Shown here in pieces: positions 61,540 through 64,000 of a stretch of 64,000 nt of DNA (position 1 is the first letter of the stretch; each line of letters begins with the position of its first letter). Below the pieces are notes generated by a model that saw only the letters and a list, made by a program, of their open reading frames with translations, had not been told where the DNA came from and searched no databases. The stretch covers positions 111,602,001-111,666,000 of the forward strand of contig NC_087437.1 of NCBI RefSeq assembly GCF_036321535.1. The letters are read 5' to 3'. Source of the DNA: Camelus dromedarius. Taxonomy: Eukaryota. Both the position numbers and the translations under genes were made by a program.

Positions 61540-63087
61540 TATCAACCAATGAGCCAGGGTCAAATTTTCCTCCACTTCACCATCCAGAAGATAGATGGCC
61601 AGGAGCCAACCGGTAGAAAGAGACTCCAGCATGGTGGTGATGAGAGTAGACATAAGGGGATGTAATCACTCAACTGTCACCCAAATGGATGTATATTAAA
61701 GAAAGCAGCAGACTCAGAATAGCAGGTGTAAGATGAGGGCCGTCAGAAGTAACAGGTGTTGGCAAAGGAAGGATACAGCAGAGTAAATACAGACCTCAGA
61801 GGAGAAGGAAGAGAATGTGGGTCCCCGGGGCCATTGAGTGATGCTCAGCCCACTGGAGAAGGTTTACACCAGGCCGCGGGGGTGAGTGTGCCAGGGGCTC
61901 AATTAAGGTTGAATGTAAAGACTGAGGCCAGGCCAGCCTGATTACCGTGCAGGTGCCCGTATTTCTTTACGTTTGCCAGCCTCCCGTTTCTGTGAAATAC
62001 AAAGGAAGAAATGCTGTTACTTCCCCTAATTCTAAGGTGAAACCAAAGAAGGGAGACGCAAAATGACCTGCCCAAATCCTCTGTTAAACCAGCGAGGAGG
62101 CTGTAATAGATACAGTCGGTCACCGTGTTCCCTAAGCACAGCCTTCTGGATATGAGGTTTATATCTGTTGCAAGTTTTAGGAACTTCCCTGCCCTGGTTT
62201 TGTTCACTGCTTAGGGAACAAAGCATGTTCGGTCAAAACTCCAGCAAATCTCTCCCGCCCCTAAATCCAATTTTTTTAACCTTCCAAATAGGTTTTTTTT
62301 TTTTTTTTTAGGTTTATAATGCTGCCGGCCAGCCATCATCTTTAAAGTTAAAAGAAAATGTTTTATTATTATGAGCAGTGAAATCACACTATAATTTTCC
62401 AATTAACTGAATAAGCTCAAAATGCATGCCCTGAAGTCTTTACTTCTACCCTGAGCGTATCACAGCTACCTTGATCATCCTACACATCCTGAGAGCGGGC
62501 CGAAGTGAAATGAAACAGCCTGGCGTTGAAAGGCTCTTGCAGGGGCTGGTCGCGGAGACAGCACGTGTCCGCCCCCGCATCCATCTGTTGGGCTGTGTTG
62601 GACCCTCTGGTTGGGCGGCTTCCCTGAGTGTTTCTGAAGGCCTTTTGTTGTCCATGGGGATAGAGCCACTAATTTGGCCAATTCCAAGTAGAAAAGATCA
62701 AGTGTAGATTTCATATCTGAGTTTTAAGTGCTGGTAAGAAGTTGCATTAAGTTACCACATGCCCCTCGAGCCCGCCTTCATCGCCAAGTGTGCTCTGCAG
62801 TTTGGGGGTTACTCTGCACCCCAAAGAAAAGAAAAATTATTCCGTGTAAATGCTTTGGGCAAGTGGGGATTGATCCAGTTACTTTTAAACTAACCTAATC
62901 CAGATGGTGTTCGCTGAATAACTTTCTGGGGTGGGTACCTGGTTACCGAATAAGGTGTTCATTTTTAGAGGATGTGAAATCTTTGGTTGAAAAGACACAA
63001 AGGAACTTCTACTAGACCGTCCAAAATAGTGAGTGTAATCACATGATTGTAATTCAGGTCCAACGTAGTGCATTTATAGTAATTTTT

Positions 63088-63180
63088 AGGGGGGAGGGTA
63101 TAGCTCAAGTGATAGAGTGCATGCTTAGCATACACGAGGTCCTAGGTTCAATCCCCAGTACCTCCTCTGTAAATAAATCA
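63088..63180 (+). mobile_element. tRNA-derived SINE (Vic-1-like)
   Basis: GGGGAGGGTATAGCTCAAGTGATAGAGTGCATGCTTAGC...GGTTCAATCCCCAGTACCTCC; flanking repeat ATARTAATTTTTA. Confidence 0.88.
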
Positions 63181-64000
63181 ATAATAATTTTTAATCAGTT
63201 GATTCATATCTTTCTCTTTCTGTCTATATTTGTATATAGATATTCATCTGTGTATGGTATACATACACACATATACGCCTTACAATACTGTGTTGTGAAT
63301 AGGGCAGTAATTCCTCCCTGTGGGCTCTTTAAATGTCACTCCAACAGAGCCATGGAAATTACACTCAGAGAGGCATGTGAAATTGAAGGATCGATTACAC
63401 TCACAGGTCCTACAGGAGGAAGACATGGCACTCCACGCCAGGGACCAGATGGCACAGGCCCCCAGGGATCAGAAATTTGTAGATTTAGAAGTAACGTATC
63501 AGAAGCCAGGAAACTGATCCAGATTAGCACTCCGCTGGTTCTTCTCGGGAGGTGTTGTGCTCATTTCTGTAAAAAACGCTTCCATGGTACCCTCAAACTT
63601 GGGGACAAATGATTAATGGTATAGTCCCCATCGTGAAGATGAGCCGGTCCTTGGGGTAGTTTCATAGAATGTGAAGGCAAGCATCATATTCTTTTTTTCC
63701 AGATGTCTTAGTCTTAAATCCAAAGCAAGGCTCAGCTGGGAAGCAGTGGATTTGGGGCTGCTTGTCCTTGCCTGTTTGGGGGCTCCCTTTTCCATAGAAC
63801 TTGGACTCCCAATCTCTTTTCCTCCTGGTTCTCCCATACTGTCCTAGGGATGAAATCGATGAGCCCACCTGCTGTGTAAGATGCCCTACCAACGCTATTT
63901 CTTATCACCTGGACACCAACCCTGTAAAGTTGGTGTAAGTGAGAAAACTGTAATCTAAAGCAGTTATGTTTAACATGCCCGAATAAGCATCTGAGCTGAG

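Noticed and set aside
63043..63612. 189-aa plus-strand ORF as a possible EVA1C exon
   Set aside because: It runs through a SINE and low-complexity sequence and does not resemble the expected EVA1C exon 2 (YLTKLLQNH..., SUEL lectin domain).
1..64000. CRISPR arrays, operons or other prokaryotic/viral systems
   Set aside because: The sequence is intron-exon mammalian DNA; I saw no repeat-spacer arrays or long intact foreign ORFs.

Overview
Mammalian genomic DNA, most likely camelid (camel, alpaca or llama), inferred from eight copies of a tRNA-derived SINE resembling the camelid Vic-1 family. The region appears syntenic to human 21q22.11. It holds two divergently transcribed genes. URB1 (nucleolar pre-ribosomal protein Npa1 homolog) is on the minus strand: coding exons 1-11 were traced base by base with GT-AG junctions and a continuous frame (1506 nt, 502 codons), and the gene continues off the left edge. 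EVA1C is on the plus strand, with only coding exon 1 (40392-40551) and the start of a long intron 1 inside the window. Between the genes lie a decayed L1 and a processed EEF1A1 pseudogene. The rest is ordinary mammalian repeat (L1, L2, MIR, LTRs, DNA transposons). The strongest unexplained signal is a 143-bp, ungapped, ~92% identical inverted repeat (21334-21476 / 22165-22307) bracketing URB1 exon 1 and its bidirectional CpG promoter. Other notable items are a probable L1 3' transduction inside the EEF1A1 pseudogene, a start-stop uORF upstream of EVA1C, and a cluster of interlocking stems in EVA1C intron 1. Gene and repeat-family names come from recalled sequences, not from database searches.
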